Shown here one piece after another: positions 62,767 to 64,000 of a DNA stretch of 64,000 nucleotides. A program made the translations under genes and the position numbers. The notes beneath the pieces were generated by a model. It was given only the letters and a program-made list of their open reading frames with translations. It made no database searches and was not told the DNA's origin. The stretch lies in assembly GCF_009834535.1 (NCBI RefSeq), contig NC_045696.1:70558001-70622000 (forward strand), written 5' to 3'. The DNA comes from Camelus ferus. Its lineage: Eukaryota. The first letter of the stretch is position 1; each line of letters starts with the position of its first letter.

Positions 62767-63848
62767 GATGAACTGAATGACGATCTCTTTTGAAAAAAGA
62801 AAAAATACATATCGTTTAGATTGCCTCAGTTGGACATTCCAAAGACTTACTGGGTCAGACTTTTGTGGAAACTGATTCTTCATTTAATCATCTAACTGTG
62901 GGCAGAGAAATCAATAGTAGGGTATGGGGTATGCTATGAGGGGAGGGTTTCTATGGGAGCACAAAGGAGGAACATCTGACTCAGGAGTCTAGGAAGTGGC
63001 CCACCAGCCGAAGTCCTAAGTCTAGTAATAGTGACAGACCTGGGATAAGCTCAGCCATTAGACCTGGTACCAACTAGATTTACGTACCTGAGCACACGAG
63101 GGTAGCTGGTGCCCAAAGCTATAATTAACCCCTCCTTCACATTCCCAATCCTCAGAGTAGATCTCCAGGTCTCCTTTAACATAAGCATATAGACCATTTT
63201 TGTCACTAGCATCCATCCTCTACAAGGCCACAGATCTCTAAGGGAATTTAGTGTAGACACAGAGGGCCTAGAATGGATAGCTAGTCACTTAATATGCTAG
63301 CAAATCTAAAGGTTCACATCTATTAGGGGAGACACAATGACACCAGGATAAAATCATTCCACAGCTGACTAGAGATTTCTAGAAAGGTGGCTAAAAAGAA
63401 ACATTTTCAGGGAAAACTGAAATACTAAAGAAAAAGAAATGTATGCAAATTTCTTGTATCTTTCATATCTCTAAATGATACAATACTATATCAAAAAGAA
63501 ACAGGTAATTTGGTTTACTTAGAAAATTGTCCATAAAACAATTGCATGCAAAATCTCTAGAAAACTAAAAATATATTCAGAAAAAAAATTATAAGTTTAA
63601 CAATTAAATTTGCTCTTAAATATTTTTAGATTGTGCTATAATTAGGCTACAAGTGACCAAACTTCAAAAAGTCTATCACTTAGACTTAGCTCTGTCTGTT
63701 TAGAATAAAACAAAAATACAAAAATAGAAACAATGCTATAGTAATGATAACAAAAACAAAAGTCATTTTGCTTTCTAGACTACCTGTTTCTACAGTGCCC
63801 AGCAACCAGCAGTAAGTCAGTAAGAAGCTTTTTCAAACTACATACTAC

Positions 63849-63862
63849 CCTGCAGGGGGCAC
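63849..63862 (+). promoter_or_regulatory. Candidate CTCF site
   Basis: CCTGCAGGGGGCAC closely follows the CTCF core CCASYAGRKGGCRS, in otherwise AT-rich sequence. Confidence 0.45.
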
Positions 63863-64000
63863 GATGACCACATCAGCAGACTTCCCCACCATGCGAATTT
63901 CTCTTTCTCTTATTCCTTACTGAAGTGAGGGCTGAAAAAAAAGCTGACAACTATGGAGCCATTGAAAGAATTAATTTTTTTAAGGGATTTGAAAATGAGT

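Noticed and set aside
1..64000. A novel multi-gene system, CRISPR array or prokaryotic-style operon
   Set aside because: The window is explained by one spliced mammalian gene plus interspersed repeats. There is no regularly spaced repeat-spacer array and no long unexplained ORF; the longest ORFs come from a microsatellite or transposon fossils.
62787..64000. VPS8 promoter or CpG island
   Set aside because: The sequence is AT-rich and CpG-poor, and the ATG-bearing exon has a splice acceptor, so the first exon and promoter are probably outside the window.

Overview
Mammalian genomic DNA carrying the 5' part of VPS8 (CORVET-specific subunit) on the minus strand. I traced 20 coding exons by eye, all with GT-AG boundaries. 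They run from the start ATG at 62697 to the exon ending at 20507 and splice into one uninterrupted frame of 1734 nt (578 codons). That total includes a 6-nt microexon at 46717-46722; without it the frame is 1728 nt. The promoter/first exon and the downstream exons appear to lie outside the window. The introns are mostly transposon fossils: L1s of several ages, L2, MIR, a long CR1/L3, ERVL/MaLR LTRs, hAT-Charlie and Tigger elements. Four copies of a tRNA-Ala-derived SINE point to a camelid genome (inference). I found no evidence of a new multi-gene system. The best leads are RNA-level features of VPS8: the microexon with a downstream RBFOX motif, a 92-nt intronic hairpin overlapping a candidate poison exon, and a minimal uORF. 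Repeat subfamily names come from recalled consensus sequences and need RepeatMasker/Dfam confirmation; repeat boundaries are approximate unless target-site duplications (TSDs) are quoted.
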